In this document: positions 47,758-57,621 of the stretch, piece after piece | Layout of the letters: each line of letters starts with the position of its first letter | How positions within the stretch are numbered: the stretch's first letter is position 1 | DNA from: Candidatus Moraniibacteriota bacterium | GTDB taxonomy: Bacteria; Patescibacteriota; Minisyncoccia; Moranbacterales; GCA-2747515 | Reading direction: 5' to 3' | Assembly (NCBI GenBank): GCA_038208115.1 | Contig: JBBQZC010000001.1 | Span: 77,977 to 141,976, forward strand | DNA length: 64,000 nucleotides | The notes under the pieces: model-generated | The model's database searches: none | Told to the model about the DNA's origin: nothing | The model's input: the letters and a program-made list of their open reading frames with translations, nothing else | Translations under genes and position numbers: made by a program

Positions 47758-49236
47758 ATGACCATAAAAATAATCATCAGTTTCTGCATATTTTCATTTG
47801 CATTGTTATTGTCCAGTATACTGTCGTTTCCTGAACAAGCGCTTGCTGCTACATGGAATTATGAAGGTATAGCATGGTATACTGTTCCAGCAACTGAAAA
47901 TAATGCAATCGTTATTTACCGTTTTTGGTCAGATCAAAATCAATCTCATTTCTATACAGCAAGTGAGGAAGAAAAAAACCACGTAATCAACGCATATGAC
48001 GACAAAGTATGGCGATATGAAGGTGCTGCATATAGTGTTCATGCCTCACAAATTGCCGGTACAATACCCGTTTATCGCTTTTGGTCAGATCAAAATCAAT
48101 CTCATTTCTATACAGCAAGTGAGGAAGAAAAAAACCACGTAATCAACGCATATGACGACAAAGTATGGCGATATGAAGGTGCTGCATATTACATTTATCC
48201 TTCACAAATAGCTAACTCTAATCCAGTTTATCGATTTTGGAGCAATGACACACAATCTCATTTCTATACAGCAAGTGAGGAAGAAAAAAATCTTCTGATG
48301 CAAGGTACCTATGGTCCCAGCATTGCTGTTGGACTTTGGTATTATGATAAATCTGACATTCAAAACGATCCTTTTGAAATTGAAGCAAATAAAAACTATA
48401 ACATAAGAGATAAAGATAACAATGTCATCGCACAAATTAGTGGAGGCACACGCACTAAAGTAACTTATGACACCGACGGAAATCTCAAAATTTATGGATC
48501 AATTACCGATAAACTTATCCAAACTGCTGTCACGTTTGATGCCGCAGATGGAGATAACACATCGCTTATTTTTAACGTCCATCGACCAGATTCATCCTAT
48601 GATGAATATCGTGGCAAGATCACACTACGATATTATAAAGGCAATAATATCATCGCAGGTACTTCAGACACCGTGACACAAATCTGGGTGATCAACACAC
48701 TTCCTCTCGAACACTATGTATGGGGAATGGGTGAAACAACCGGCACAGGAGATATCGAGCATACCAAGGTGATGACTACGATCTTCCGCACATATGGCAG
48801 ATGGTATATCGAATACGCGACTAAGTATGCCCCTCTTGGATTTAAAATTCGCAGTGATTCCGGCTCACAGATCTACAAAGGCTATAAATGGGAGCAGACG
48901 TATCAAAACATTACAAAAGCCGCCAATGCCACACGTGGTAGTATTGCGACATATGGTAGCGAGATTGCACTCACACCATACAGCTCATGGAGTGATGGAC
49001 GCACACGCAGTTACAAAGAACGCTGGGGCTCGAGTGATTATCCGTGGTGTAAGTCAGTCGACGATTCTTATGGGAAAAATTCAACCATGACCACCAAGCA
49101 ACTTGAAGATGCGGGCAATCATATGGTCGGCCTTATCGCCAATGGCTCACTTGTCCTCGCACGTGACAAAGACTGGAGTTATGACAGAATCATGAAATAT
49201 TATTATTCTGGAATATCGTTAGAACCGCTTTACTAG
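47758..49236 (+). CDS. secreted protein: 3 tandem ~50-aa aromatic repeats + C-terminal SpoIID/LytB-like domain
   Basis: Signal peptide. Three copies of PVYRFWSDQNQSHFYTASEEEKNHVINAYDDKVWRYEGAAY. C-terminal LEHYVWGMGETTG...IFRTYGRWY and ATRGSIATYGSEIALTPYSSWSDGRT resemble SpoIID/LytB. Confidence 0.65.
   Translation: MTIKIIISFCIFSFALLLSSILSFPEQALAATWNYEGIAWYTVPATENNAIVIYRFWSDQNQSHFYTASEEEKNHVINAYDDKVWRYEGAAYSVHASQIAGTIPVYRFWSDQNQSHFYTASEEEKNHVINAYDDKVWRYEGAAYYIYPSQIANSNPVYRFWSNDTQSHFYTASEEEKNLLMQGTYGPSIAVGLWYYDKSDIQNDPFEIEANKNYNIRDKDNNVIAQISGGTRTKVTYDTDGNLKIYGSITDKLIQTAVTFDAADGDNTSLIFNVHRPDSSYDEYRGKITLRYYKGNNIIAGTSDTVTQIWVINTLPLEHYVWGMGETTGTGDIEHTKVMTTIFRTYGRWYIEYATKYAPLGFKIRSDSGSQIYKGYKWEQTYQNITKAANATRGSIATYGSEIALTPYSSWSDGRTRSYKERWGSSDYPWCKSVDDSYGKNSTMTTKQLEDAGNHMVGLIANGSLVLARDKDWSYDRIMKYYYSGISLEPLY
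47921..48300 (+). repeat. intragenic tandem repeat, 153-nt period; copies 1 and 2 identical over ~115 nt
   Basis: 47928-48042 is identical to 48081-48195. The third copy (48230-48300) has diverged. Confidence 0.8.
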
Positions 49237-49259
49237 TTAATAATTAAAAGTGAGTAATG

Positions 49260-49427
49260 AAAAGTAGTATTGTTCAAGAAAAATCATTTTCATTTGCTGT
49301 GCGCATCGTAAAATTATACAAACACCTTATTGAAAAGAAAAAGGAACTATTAATTATTCATTCTTTACTATTAACTATTAATTTTTCATTATTAATTATT
49401 AAATCTTCATTATTAATTTTGTAACTT
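49260..49427 (+). pseudogene. deleted remnant of a four-helix-bundle (23S-IVS-type) protein gene
   Basis: MKSSIVQEKSFSFAVRIVKLYKHLIEKKKE matches the N-terminus of the 51445-51798 gene. It then jumps directly into the 3' flank sequence (aactattaatttttcattattaattattaa), which matches 51805-51845. Confidence 0.5.
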
Positions 49428-49442
49428 GTTAATACATTTTTT

Positions 49443-49988
49443 ATGATTAAAAAATTATTCATCATTCTCTTGATCATCGTTTTTTGTGCGATTAGCTATT
49501 TTGCCTATACCGTTTTCAGTAAACGTGAAAGCGATCTCATCAAAACAAGTACTACTCCTGCCACGCACAATATGCAAGAATCAAAAGACGCCTCCGAGAA
49601 AGACCGCCCACAAGAAAACATCATCGAAAATCTATTACGCAATGATGCAACTGAAAATACACAAACAGAAAATTCCGATCAAACAGCAAAAAATAATTCT
49701 GATGATGGCTACTATGTACACGTCACTTCAATAGATTGTGCACGCGAATGCGAACCATATAAATATAACGACAAAGAGTTAAAATACTGCCAAAACGTCT
49801 GTGGCATCTCTGATACAACGTCTACAAATTCTAATTGTGATTCTCTCAATGATTTTGAGAAAGATTATTGCTACAAGAACCAGGCAATAGAGAAAAAAGA
49901 TGCTTCAATCTGTGATAAAATTTCAGACACAGCAGTTAAAAGGTCCTGCAAAAATCGCATTCAAGAAGACATACTAGAAAACATGTAA
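49443..49988 (+). CDS. hypothetical membrane-anchored Cys-rich protein
   Basis: N-terminal TM (LFIILLIIVFCAISYFAYTVF) and a C-terminal region with 10 Cys (CARECEPY...CQNVCG...CDSLN...CYKN...CDK...CKN). Confidence 0.45.
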   Translation: MIKKLFIILLIIVFCAISYFAYTVFSKRESDLIKTSTTPATHNMQESKDASEKDRPQENIIENLLRNDATENTQTENSDQTAKNNSDDGYYVHVTSIDCARECEPYKYNDKELKYCQNVCGISDTTSTNSNCDSLNDFEKDYCYKNQAIEKKDASICDKISDTAVKRSCKNRIQEDILENM

Positions 49989-50060
49989 TCATGTTTTCTT
50001 AGTTAATAATTAATAGTGAATAATGAAAAATAGTATCATTTTTGATAAAAAACTATTGAT
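49989..50060 (+). repeat. third, 5'-only copy of the four-helix-bundle gene element
   Basis: ttagttaataattaatagtgaataatgaaaaatagtat is identical to 51424-51461. Confidence 0.45.
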
Positions 50061-50115
50061 TTTTTATCAATGCTATGATAAAATTTCATTGAAATACTAT
50101 CAATAACACATTATT

Positions 50116-51402
50116 ATGATTAAAAGAGAGATTCTTCCTCATATTCTCCATTGGATTGGAAAAGAAAAAATACTGATTTTAAAAGGTGCTAGACAAGTGG
50201 GCAAAACAACACTACTCAAACAAGTCATTGACGAAATCTCCAAGAGAAACACGGACACATCTATTGCCTATCTTCGTGCAGACAACAGCGAGGACTCCCA
50301 GTTTTTACAATCCACTGCGATACTCGAAGAATATCTAAAACGACTGCACGGATTTCCAGAAAAATATGTATATCTCTTTATTGATGAATTTCAAATTATA
50401 GATAATGCGGGCATGTTTCTCAAAAATATTTTTGATAAATATAAAGAGAACCTTCAAATTGTCGTCAGCGGATCCAGCTCATTGGAAATTACAAAAAACA
50501 CGGAATTTCTCACTGGACGATCCATTGATTTTGATATTTCACGCATTACATTTCGCGAATATTTTAATTACGAAAATCAAAGCAATATAGAGCAAATCCC
50601 ATTGAACAACTTTGATGAATTAAAGTTGTTCTATGAAACATTTGCGCAAAAAATAGATATTCAATTCAAAGAATATCTTTCCTTCGGTGGATACCCAGAA
50701 GTAATAACAACAGTCGAACATGCCGACAAAGAAACAATTCTTAATTCGATCGTCAAAACGTATATCGAGAAGGATATTGCTGGCTTCCTCAAAATTGAAA
50801 ATATTACAGGATTTAACAATCTTCTTAAGATTCTTTCCGCTCAAATCGGTAACCTCGTGAATCTTTCAGAGGTATCAAATACAACAACATTATCAAGAAA
50901 CACCGCAGAAAAATATCTTAGCGTCCTTATCGGTACGTATGTTTTTAATTTGGTGACTCCATATTATAAAAATATCCGGTCAGAATTATCAAAAATGCCA
51001 AAAGTCTATACTCTCGACATCGGCATTTGCAATTATTTTACGCGATCATTATATGCCGACAATCGTCTCAATGGTAGCATTATAGAAAATTTCGTGTATT
51101 TACACCTACTTGATCAATATAAGAAAGATGATATTCATTTTTATCGAACAATCGGTGGTTCAGAAATTGATTTTGTCATCGAGAATCAAGAAAACACCGT
51201 CATCTTGGGAGAAGTAAAGTACCGCACGAAAACCACCCTGCCCGTTGCAATGAAAAATTTCATTGCTCGCTACCCAAACAGCACGACTCATAAAATTATC
51301 TTTACGAAAGACACATTGTCACAAAATACCAATGGAGTTATATTCTTACCGGCACAGCTACTCCCATTCACAGACATATCTTCTAAAGAGTTGAGAGGCT
51401 AA
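50116..51402 (+). CDS. AAA+ ATPase with C-terminal DUF4143-type domain
   Basis: P-loop ILKGARQVGKTTLL, Walker B LFIDEFQ, and a C-terminal GGSEIDFVIEN (DUF4143-like restriction-endonuclease-like fold). Confidence 0.7.
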   Translation: MIKREILPHILHWIGKEKILILKGARQVGKTTLLKQVIDEISKRNTDTSIAYLRADNSEDSQFLQSTAILEEYLKRLHGFPEKYVYLFIDEFQIIDNAGMFLKNIFDKYKENLQIVVSGSSSLEITKNTEFLTGRSIDFDISRITFREYFNYENQSNIEQIPLNNFDELKLFYETFAQKIDIQFKEYLSFGGYPEVITTVEHADKETILNSIVKTYIEKDIAGFLKIENITGFNNLLKILSAQIGNLVNLSEVSNTTTLSRNTAEKYLSVLIGTYVFNLVTPYYKNIRSELSKMPKVYTLDIGICNYFTRSLYADNRLNGSIIENFVYLHLLDQYKKDDIHFYRTIGGSEIDFVIENQENTVILGEVKYRTKTTLPVAMKNFIARYPNSTTHKIIFTKDTLSQNTNGVIFLPAQLLPFTDISSKELRG

Positions 51403-51444
51403 AGAATTATTGCATATTTTTTTAGTTAATAATTAATAGTGAAT

Positions 51445-51798
51445 AATGAAAAATAGTATTGTTCAAGAAAATCATTTTCATTTGCTGTGCGCATCGTAAA
51501 ATTATATAAACACCTTATTGAAAAGCAAAAGGAGTTTGTTCTCTCAAAGCAATTATTGCGATCAGGCACATCAATTGGCGCAAATATTGAAGAAGCGACT
51601 GGTGGTCAAAGCAAAAAAGATTTCATCGCAAAGCTATCAATTTCTTACAAAGAATCACGAGAAACTGGGTATTGGTTAAAAATTTTGAAAGAAACAGATT
51701 TCCTCACACAGAAAGAATTTGATTCGATTTATGCTGATTTAGCAGAACTACAAAAAATACTTACTAGCATACTGAAAACCGCAAAGAAAAATTTGTAA
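51445..51798 (+). CDS. four-helix-bundle protein (23S rRNA intervening-sequence protein family) with an apparent A-tract frameshift at codon ~9
   Basis: LRSGTSIGANIEEATGGQSKKDFIAKLSISYKESRETGYWLKIL is the family signature. The ATG at 51445 (MKNSIVQEN...) runs into a stop after 17 codons because 'caagaaaatcat' has one A fewer than the copy at 49280 ('caagaaaaatcat'). The intact frame resumes from Met 51487. Confidence 0.6.
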
Positions 51799-51849
51799 TG
51801 AACTATTAATTTTTCATTATTAATTATTAACTCTTCATTCATATTTACC

Positions 51850-53541
51850 ATGAAATTCTCCTCTCTCCTAATCATCTCCTTACTGATACAGAATGGCTTT
51901 TTCATATTACCCACTCACGCAAATAATGAGGAATTTCTCCCTCTCTTTAAAACGTCTACCACCAAAAATTATCGTGACGGTGAAGTGATCATCACTTACA
52001 AAGATGCTACAAAAAAAGAATTTCAATCACTTGTAAAAGAAAATAAAAAAATAGAAGAATCCGAAAAATCCATAGAAGAGAAAAAAGAAAAAATTGTTCA
52101 ATCTCTCAAAAAAACAACTAAAATTGATAATCTCAGAATCACAAAGCACATCAATGATCTAGGCATCTCACTCATCACATCGGAGACAGAATCCACAGAA
52201 GATCTCATCAAAAAATTACAGAAAGATGAAAATGTGAAATATGCAGAGCCAAATTTTATCAAAACACCATCACACACACCCAATGATACTTATTTTTCAT
52301 CTCAATGGGCGCATTATCGCAGTGATGACCATGATATCGATACAGCAGACGCATGGGATAGTGAGAGTAGCAGTGCATCAAATATTACCGTTGCGGTGAT
52401 CGACAGTGGCGTCGATCATACGTTTCCCGATCTCAACGGCAATATGTGGGACGGCTCAACGATCTGCTTCAGTGATACAGGTACACCAATTTCTTGTCCC
52501 TACCACGGATGGGATTATGATGATAATGATAATAACCCCGATGATACTATAAACTCCACTGATGGATTTCAGTGGCATGGCACGCATGTCGCCAGTATAT
52601 TCGGCGCCACTACAAATAATGGCATTGGTATTTCGGGCATCAGTCGATATAATCATGTGAAGATCATGACGATTCGATTTGGATTAGACGCTATGTCAGA
52701 GATTCAAGCCATTAATTTTGCCAAAAATAACGGTGCTAAAGTGATCAATGCTAGTTTTGCCGGTGACAGTTTTATCCAAGCAGAAAAAAACGCAATTGAT
52801 GCCTTCCCTGGTATTGTCGTCACTGCAGCAGGAAATGGTGGGGATGATGCAATCGGTGATAATAATGACGCTGTACCTACTTATCCGTGTAATTATGCAT
52901 CAAACAATGTGATCTGCGTTGGTGCATCTACTTCTGCTGATACTCTAGCCTCATTTTCCAATTATGGCGAAAGTGTCGATATTGTAGCACCTGGTGAAAG
53001 CATTCGTGGCATTCAACAGGATAGTTATTTCTATAATGGTAGTGGCACGTCTTATTCTTCCCCATTTGTTGCAGGCACAGCAGCGCTACTTTATGCACAT
53101 AACACATCTGCATCCATCACAACAATAAGAGAAACTCTTCTTAAAAGCAGCGATCATTTCATATCACTATCTAAAAAAATTGGATGCAGCAGAAGATTGA
53201 ACAGTAATATTGCACTACAAAATTTAATAGCTACAAAAATTCCGACTGAGTCATGCCCCACGCCTGTTTATCGATTTTGGTCGGACAAAAATCAACATCA
53301 TTTTTACACAGCAAGTGCACAGGAGCGTGATCAAGTGATTAATAATTATGATGATTATGTGTGGAAATATGAAGGAATCGCATATTATGCTGCGACAAGT
53401 GGTACGGCAATTTACCGTTTCTGGTCTGATCAAAATCAATCACATTTTTACACAGCAAGTGCACAGGAGCGTGATCAAGTGATTAATAATTATGATGATT
53501 ATGTGTGGAAATATGAAGGAATCGCATGGTATTTACCTTAA
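51850..53541 (+). CDS. subtilisin-like serine protease (S8) with N-terminal propeptide and two C-terminal ~50-aa aromatic repeats
   Basis: Catalytic triad motifs VAVIDSGVDH (D), HGTHVASI (H) and GTSYSSPFVAGTAALL (S). The C-terminus has 2 copies of the PVYRFWSD.NQ.HFYTASAQERDQVINNYDDYVWKYEGIAYY repeat. Signal peptide present. Confidence 0.8.
   Translation: MKFSSLLIISLLIQNGFFILPTHANNEEFLPLFKTSTTKNYRDGEVIITYKDATKKEFQSLVKENKKIEESEKSIEEKKEKIVQSLKKTTKIDNLRITKHINDLGISLITSETESTEDLIKKLQKDENVKYAEPNFIKTPSHTPNDTYFSSQWAHYRSDDHDIDTADAWDSESSSASNITVAVIDSGVDHTFPDLNGNMWDGSTICFSDTGTPISCPYHGWDYDDNDNNPDDTINSTDGFQWHGTHVASIFGATTNNGIGISGISRYNHVKIMTIRFGLDAMSEIQAINFAKNNGAKVINASFAGDSFIQAEKNAIDAFPGIVVTAAGNGGDDAIGDNNDAVPTYPCNYASNNVICVGASTSADTLASFSNYGESVDIVAPGESIRGIQQDSYFYNGSGTSYSSPFVAGTAALLYAHNTSASITTIRETLLKSSDHFISLSKKIGCSRRLNSNIALQNLIATKIPTESCPTPVYRFWSDKNQHHFYTASAQERDQVINNYDDYVWKYEGIAYYAATSGTAIYRFWSDQNQSHFYTASAQERDQVINNYDDYVWKYEGIAWYLP
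53260..53530 (+). repeat. intragenic tandem repeat in the protease gene, ~150-nt period; ~85 nt identical between copies
   Basis: The run tttttacacagcaagtgcacaggagcgtgatcaagtgattaataattatgatgattatgtgtggaaatatgaaggaatcgcat occurs twice. Confidence 0.8.
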
Positions 53542-53545
53542 AATG

Positions 53546-55732
53546 TTATTTTGACTCCACCAAGCAGTTCATCATTTTTTCTACACAAAAAATCGGACTT
53601 TTTAGCGACATGTCTCGCATTGCGTTCTGACTCAAATAATGACGCAAAGCCTGATTTTCAATCAATCGTGAAATGCCCATCAGCGATTCTTCAAAATTTA
53701 AAGAATTTACAACAATCGCGTTGACTTCATGTAAAGCAAATTCCGTGCTACCACCATCTTTTGGAACAACTACTGCAAGACCAGATGCCATAGCCTCCAT
53801 TGCAGTCAATCCCATTGCCTGAAAGATGGATAAATCTATAAATATATCACATTCTCCAAATAATTTTGCGAGATTCTCGGACTGCAAAATGCCCAAATTA
53901 GTAAAGTTAAAATTATATTCAAGAAATCTGAAATCTGGATCATTTATTTTTAAACCAAATATAACAATATCAATTTTATCTTTGAATTCTTCTTTTAATT
54001 TTTTAAGAATTTTCATGGTCATCTCCGCATTTCGCCTTGGACTTGTAGGTCTAATCATTGCACAAATTCTCACAACATCTTCACACATCACGCTCTTTCT
54101 CTGTCTCGGTGCAAATATTCTTTCTTCAAAACTTTCCCCAACAACACAAACTTCTCTATTATGATTCTTGTAAACTTGATTAGCTGTCCATTGTGTTTTC
54201 GAAAACAATTTCATTCGTTCAAAAATTTCATAACTATGTTTAGCTCTTTTTTGTTCAAAAGAATTTTCTTTGTAAAACATGGGTTCATAATCTTGAATAT
54301 AATACCCCATACGCATACCCTTCTCATCACATCCTTTTAGCCATTCAACTGAAAAATTAGCAGTTGCAATAATATAGTCATAATCTTTAGCATATATTTC
54401 CAAATCTTTACCATCATCAAAAAAAATAGTTTTATCATCCCACTGTGGATAACAGGCAATAAATTTTTCCTTATTTGACAATAAATTCGCAATAACTACA
54501 GTAATGCCAGATTCAATCATCCTTTCTGCTTCCATCAAAACAACATTAGCGCCTCCTCCGATGGCGCCCACTGGCAAAATAAATATTATTTTTTTTCCAA
54601 AAAAATTTTTTACAATAACACGCTTCGTTTTGATATATTGTTCTATATTTGCAACACGCAATCTGATACCGTGCATTTCAATATTATTTTTGCATTGCTC
54701 AACTCCAAAATTTATAATTGCGTGACCATGCTTTTTGATTAAAGCCTTATTTGCCACATTTGCTAAGATTATCCTTTTTTCACTGGAATAACTTTTGGAT
54801 TGAGCATGGTATATATAAATATCATCACATACAGCAAGTTTCCATCCAGCTTTTTTTACTCTGATACAATAATCATTTTCCTCCCCATAACCTCTCGCAA
54901 AAGTAACCTCATCAAATATGCCTATTTCATCAATAACTGCACGTTTGATCATGAAGCAAAAACCATTTAAAAAAGAAATTTTTGGATATAGACATGCGGA
55001 TCTCTCATGAATTGCCATAGCCCACTCTTCTAGGTCAATTTTTTCCGGAATTATATTTTCTGCCCAATCACCGCTTTCTTCAATTTGTGGCACTGATTGC
55101 CATGATGCTGTGTTACTTAGCGGTCCAATAATTCCCACTCGCAGATCACTTTCCCCACATCGAATCATTGCGTCAATCCATCCTAGCGTTACAATAGTAT
55201 CGCTATTCAAAAGAATTACATAGTCTGATTTTGATAAACGTAACCCAATATTTGCTGCAATTGTGTATCCCAAAGCTTGATTGTTTCTAACTAGCAAAGT
55301 GATTGTTTTATGTTGATTTACAAAACTTTCTAAAATATTCCTTGTTTCCTCATCGCTACCATCGTCTACTATAATTATTTTTTTTATACTTTGGGATGAG
55401 TTTTTTATTATTGAATTTAGACACTTTTTCACATCTTGTGGCGCATTATGTACACAGACAATCACATCAGCAAATTTATGCGAAATATCAGAATTATAAA
55501 ATTTTTCAAAAACAACCTCTTCCAAATTTTTATCACTCAAGCCGGCATATACTGGATGTATACGACGTAATGACATAAATTTTCTCCACACCCTCAAAAA
55601 AGCATTTTGCAAACCATCTCTTTGAATAATAACAAAAAAGATATTAGTCAAATATTTGCACAATACTATTTTTTTCTTTAAAAAATTTTTCATTTCTATA
55701 ATATTCATATAACATCTATTTAAATGCCTCAA
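53546..55732 (-). CDS. bifunctional glycosyltransferase, N-terminal GT2 domain + C-terminal GT4 domain
   Basis: GT2 region DVIVCVHNAP...IIIVDDGSDEE...LLNSDT. GT4 region CDIFIDLSIFQAMGLTAMEAMASGLAVVV. 728 aa. Confidence 0.7.
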   Translation of the reverse strand: MRHLNRCYMNIIEMKNFLKKKIVLCKYLTNIFFVIIQRDGLQNAFLRVWRKFMSLRRIHPVYAGLSDKNLEEVVFEKFYNSDISHKFADVIVCVHNAPQDVKKCLNSIIKNSSQSIKKIIIVDDGSDEETRNILESFVNQHKTITLLVRNNQALGYTIAANIGLRLSKSDYVILLNSDTIVTLGWIDAMIRCGESDLRVGIIGPLSNTASWQSVPQIEESGDWAENIIPEKIDLEEWAMAIHERSACLYPKISFLNGFCFMIKRAVIDEIGIFDEVTFARGYGEENDYCIRVKKAGWKLAVCDDIYIYHAQSKSYSSEKRIILANVANKALIKKHGHAIINFGVEQCKNNIEMHGIRLRVANIEQYIKTKRVIVKNFFGKKIIFILPVGAIGGGANVVLMEAERMIESGITVVIANLLSNKEKFIACYPQWDDKTIFFDDGKDLEIYAKDYDYIIATANFSVEWLKGCDEKGMRMGYYIQDYEPMFYKENSFEQKRAKHSYEIFERMKLFSKTQWTANQVYKNHNREVCVVGESFEERIFAPRQRKSVMCEDVVRICAMIRPTSPRRNAEMTMKILKKLKEEFKDKIDIVIFGLKINDPDFRFLEYNFNFTNLGILQSENLAKLFGECDIFIDLSIFQAMGLTAMEAMASGLAVVVPKDGGSTEFALHEVNAIVVNSLNFEESLMGISRLIENQALRHYLSQNAMRDMSLKSPIFCVEKMMNCLVESK

Positions 55733-55740
55733 AATCTTTT

Positions 55741-56694
55741 TTATGCTTTATTTTTTTTCATGTATTCTTGCACCGCCTTATAACTCGCAGCTACAGTATA
55801 TCGTTTTGCATTAATATGTGACGCAGTAGATGTTGGTAATTTTCTCCAATGATATAAAACTTTTGGTATATGATAAATTTTTTGTGCAGCCGTGTGTTCA
55901 ATGAAACGAAGGACCAAATCGTAATCCTGTGCACCTTCAAATCCTTTTCTAAATCCGTAAATTTTATCTATAATCGACTTTCGATATAATCCAAGATGAC
56001 ATGTATACATTTTTTTCAAAAAAAGATTTAGTGACCAATCTGGCTTAAAATAAGGATCAACACGAAATCCATTCTCATCCAATTTATCTTCATCACTATA
56101 AATAAAATCAATATCACGATTCGAATTTAAAACTTTTACACACTCAAATAAGGCGTTTGGCGCAAGTTCGTCGTCGTCGTCAAGAAGAGCAATAAATTCC
56201 CCATCAGTCATTTTCAGTGCTTCATTTGAAGCTCCAGATATGTGTTGATTAATTTCTCCATAGATAATTTTAATACGCACATCTTTATTTTCCCATTCCT
56301 TCAAACATAAAATTGTATTTCTATTTGTTGAAGCATCATCATAAATACACAACTCCCAATTTTGATAAAACTGATCCAAAACAGACTGAATGCATTGATT
56401 CAACCATTGCGAATCCACATTATAAACTGGCATGATGATGGAGATTCTTGGATGATAGATCAAATCACTAATTTCTTCTTGTATTTTCATGAAATTGTGA
56501 TCTTCATTTTGCGTGATCCATTCATCATATTCTTCTTTAGAAGAAAATTGATTTGTATGAAAATGTTTTCGACCATATAGAATATATTGGAAAAACTTTT
56601 TTAAAAAAACCATAAAACCGTCCATTTTAAAAACAAGAATACCTTTTTGCATGACATGCATAGTATTCTGAAAACTTTTTTTAGCTTTATTCAT
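55741..56694 (-). CDS. glycosyltransferase family 2
   Basis: ISIIMPVYNVDSQWLNQCIQSVLDQFYQNWELCIYDDAST and ALLDDDDEL (DxD). Confidence 0.75.
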   Translation of the reverse strand: MNKAKKSFQNTMHVMQKGILVFKMDGFMVFLKKFFQYILYGRKHFHTNQFSSKEEYDEWITQNEDHNFMKIQEEISDLIYHPRISIIMPVYNVDSQWLNQCIQSVLDQFYQNWELCIYDDASTNRNTILCLKEWENKDVRIKIIYGEINQHISGASNEALKMTDGEFIALLDDDDELAPNALFECVKVLNSNRDIDFIYSDEDKLDENGFRVDPYFKPDWSLNLFLKKMYTCHLGLYRKSIIDKIYGFRKGFEGAQDYDLVLRFIEHTAAQKIYHIPKVLYHWRKLPTSTASHINAKRYTVAASYKAVQEYMKKNKA

Positions 56695-56725
56695 AATTTA
56701 ACATCTTATGCCAAATACAAAAAAA

Positions 56726-57619
56726 TTAATAGTTCGCATTGTACATATTAGCCAGTGTTTCTTTAAATGGATGTTTTAATCTGATCTTTGTGATTTTTTC
56801 GTATTTCTCACGAGAGCCCTTTAAAACCGTAATTTCATTTTCTCTCACAAAATCAGGATTTACAGTAACATTGATTTTGTAACCAGAAATATTGTCCATG
56901 TATGCAATTACATCCGCAATAGAATATACCTTGCCTGTGCATAAATTGAATATTTCAGAACTCACGTCAGACTCAAAAAGCGCAACATATGCCTGTGCAA
57001 TATCTCGCACATCAGAAAAATCTCTCGCAACATCAATATTTCCTAGCTCTATAAACTCTTTTTTTTGTTTGTAGTGCGAAACGATCTTAGGTATAAGAAA
57101 TTTCTCATCCTGGCCCACTCCGGTATAATTAAATGGTCTCACAATTACAATTGGTAATGTATCAAAAAATGTGTGTGCAACATATTCCATAGCAACCTTA
57201 CTAATCGCATAATGATTTACTGGTTGTACAACCTCATTCTCCGTAATCGCCACATCTCCACCCCGTTGTCCATACACATTAGCACTGCTCGCCAAGATCA
57301 CCTTTTGTAGATTTTTTTGTGTCTCCGTCAGTGCGCGAAGCAGATTTTCCGTACCAATTGTATTCACCGCATAAAAATCCAATGGACTCTTGTGTCCAAC
57401 AAAAGATAACGCGGCAAGATGAATTACTCCAGTAAGTTCATGATCTTTTAAAACGTTGCACAAAGAATCAAAATTCGTAATATCACACACCACATCATCA
57501 CGATCAGCCCTATTATTTTCTTGAGATAATCCAACAATCTCATATCCTTGCACCTGAAAAGCCTCCTTGATATACGAGCCGGTAAAGCCACTGAGACCTG
57601 TAATAAGAATTTTTTTCAT
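56726..57619 (-). CDS. NAD(P)-dependent sugar-nucleotide reductase, Rmd-like (GDP-4-dehydro-6-deoxy-D-mannose reductase); GDP-fucose synthase not excluded
   Basis: The N-terminus MKKILITGLSGFTGSYI resembles Rmd (TGxSGFxG) more than Fcl. SDR YxxxK region. Lies immediately downstream of gmd. 297 aa. Confidence 0.55.
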   Translation of the reverse strand: MKKILITGLSGFTGSYIKEAFQVQGYEIVGLSQENNRADRDDVVCDITNFDSLCNVLKDHELTGVIHLAALSFVGHKSPLDFYAVNTIGTENLLRALTETQKNLQKVILASSANVYGQRGGDVAITENEVVQPVNHYAISKVAMEYVAHTFFDTLPIVIVRPFNYTGVGQDEKFLIPKIVSHYKQKKEFIELGNIDVARDFSDVRDIAQAYVALFESDVSSEIFNLCTGKVYSIADVIAYMDNISGYKINVTVNPDFVRENEITVLKGSREKYEKITKIRLKHPFKETLANMYNANY

Positions 57620-57621
57620 AT

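Noticed and set aside
49237-51850. Considered whether the repeated leader/flank elements are IS terminal inverted repeats or a CRISPR-like array.
   Set aside because: The copies are direct, not inverted, and of unequal length. They carry pieces of a protein-coding gene, and no transposase is present. They are better described as duplicated or deleted copies of a four-helix-bundle gene element.
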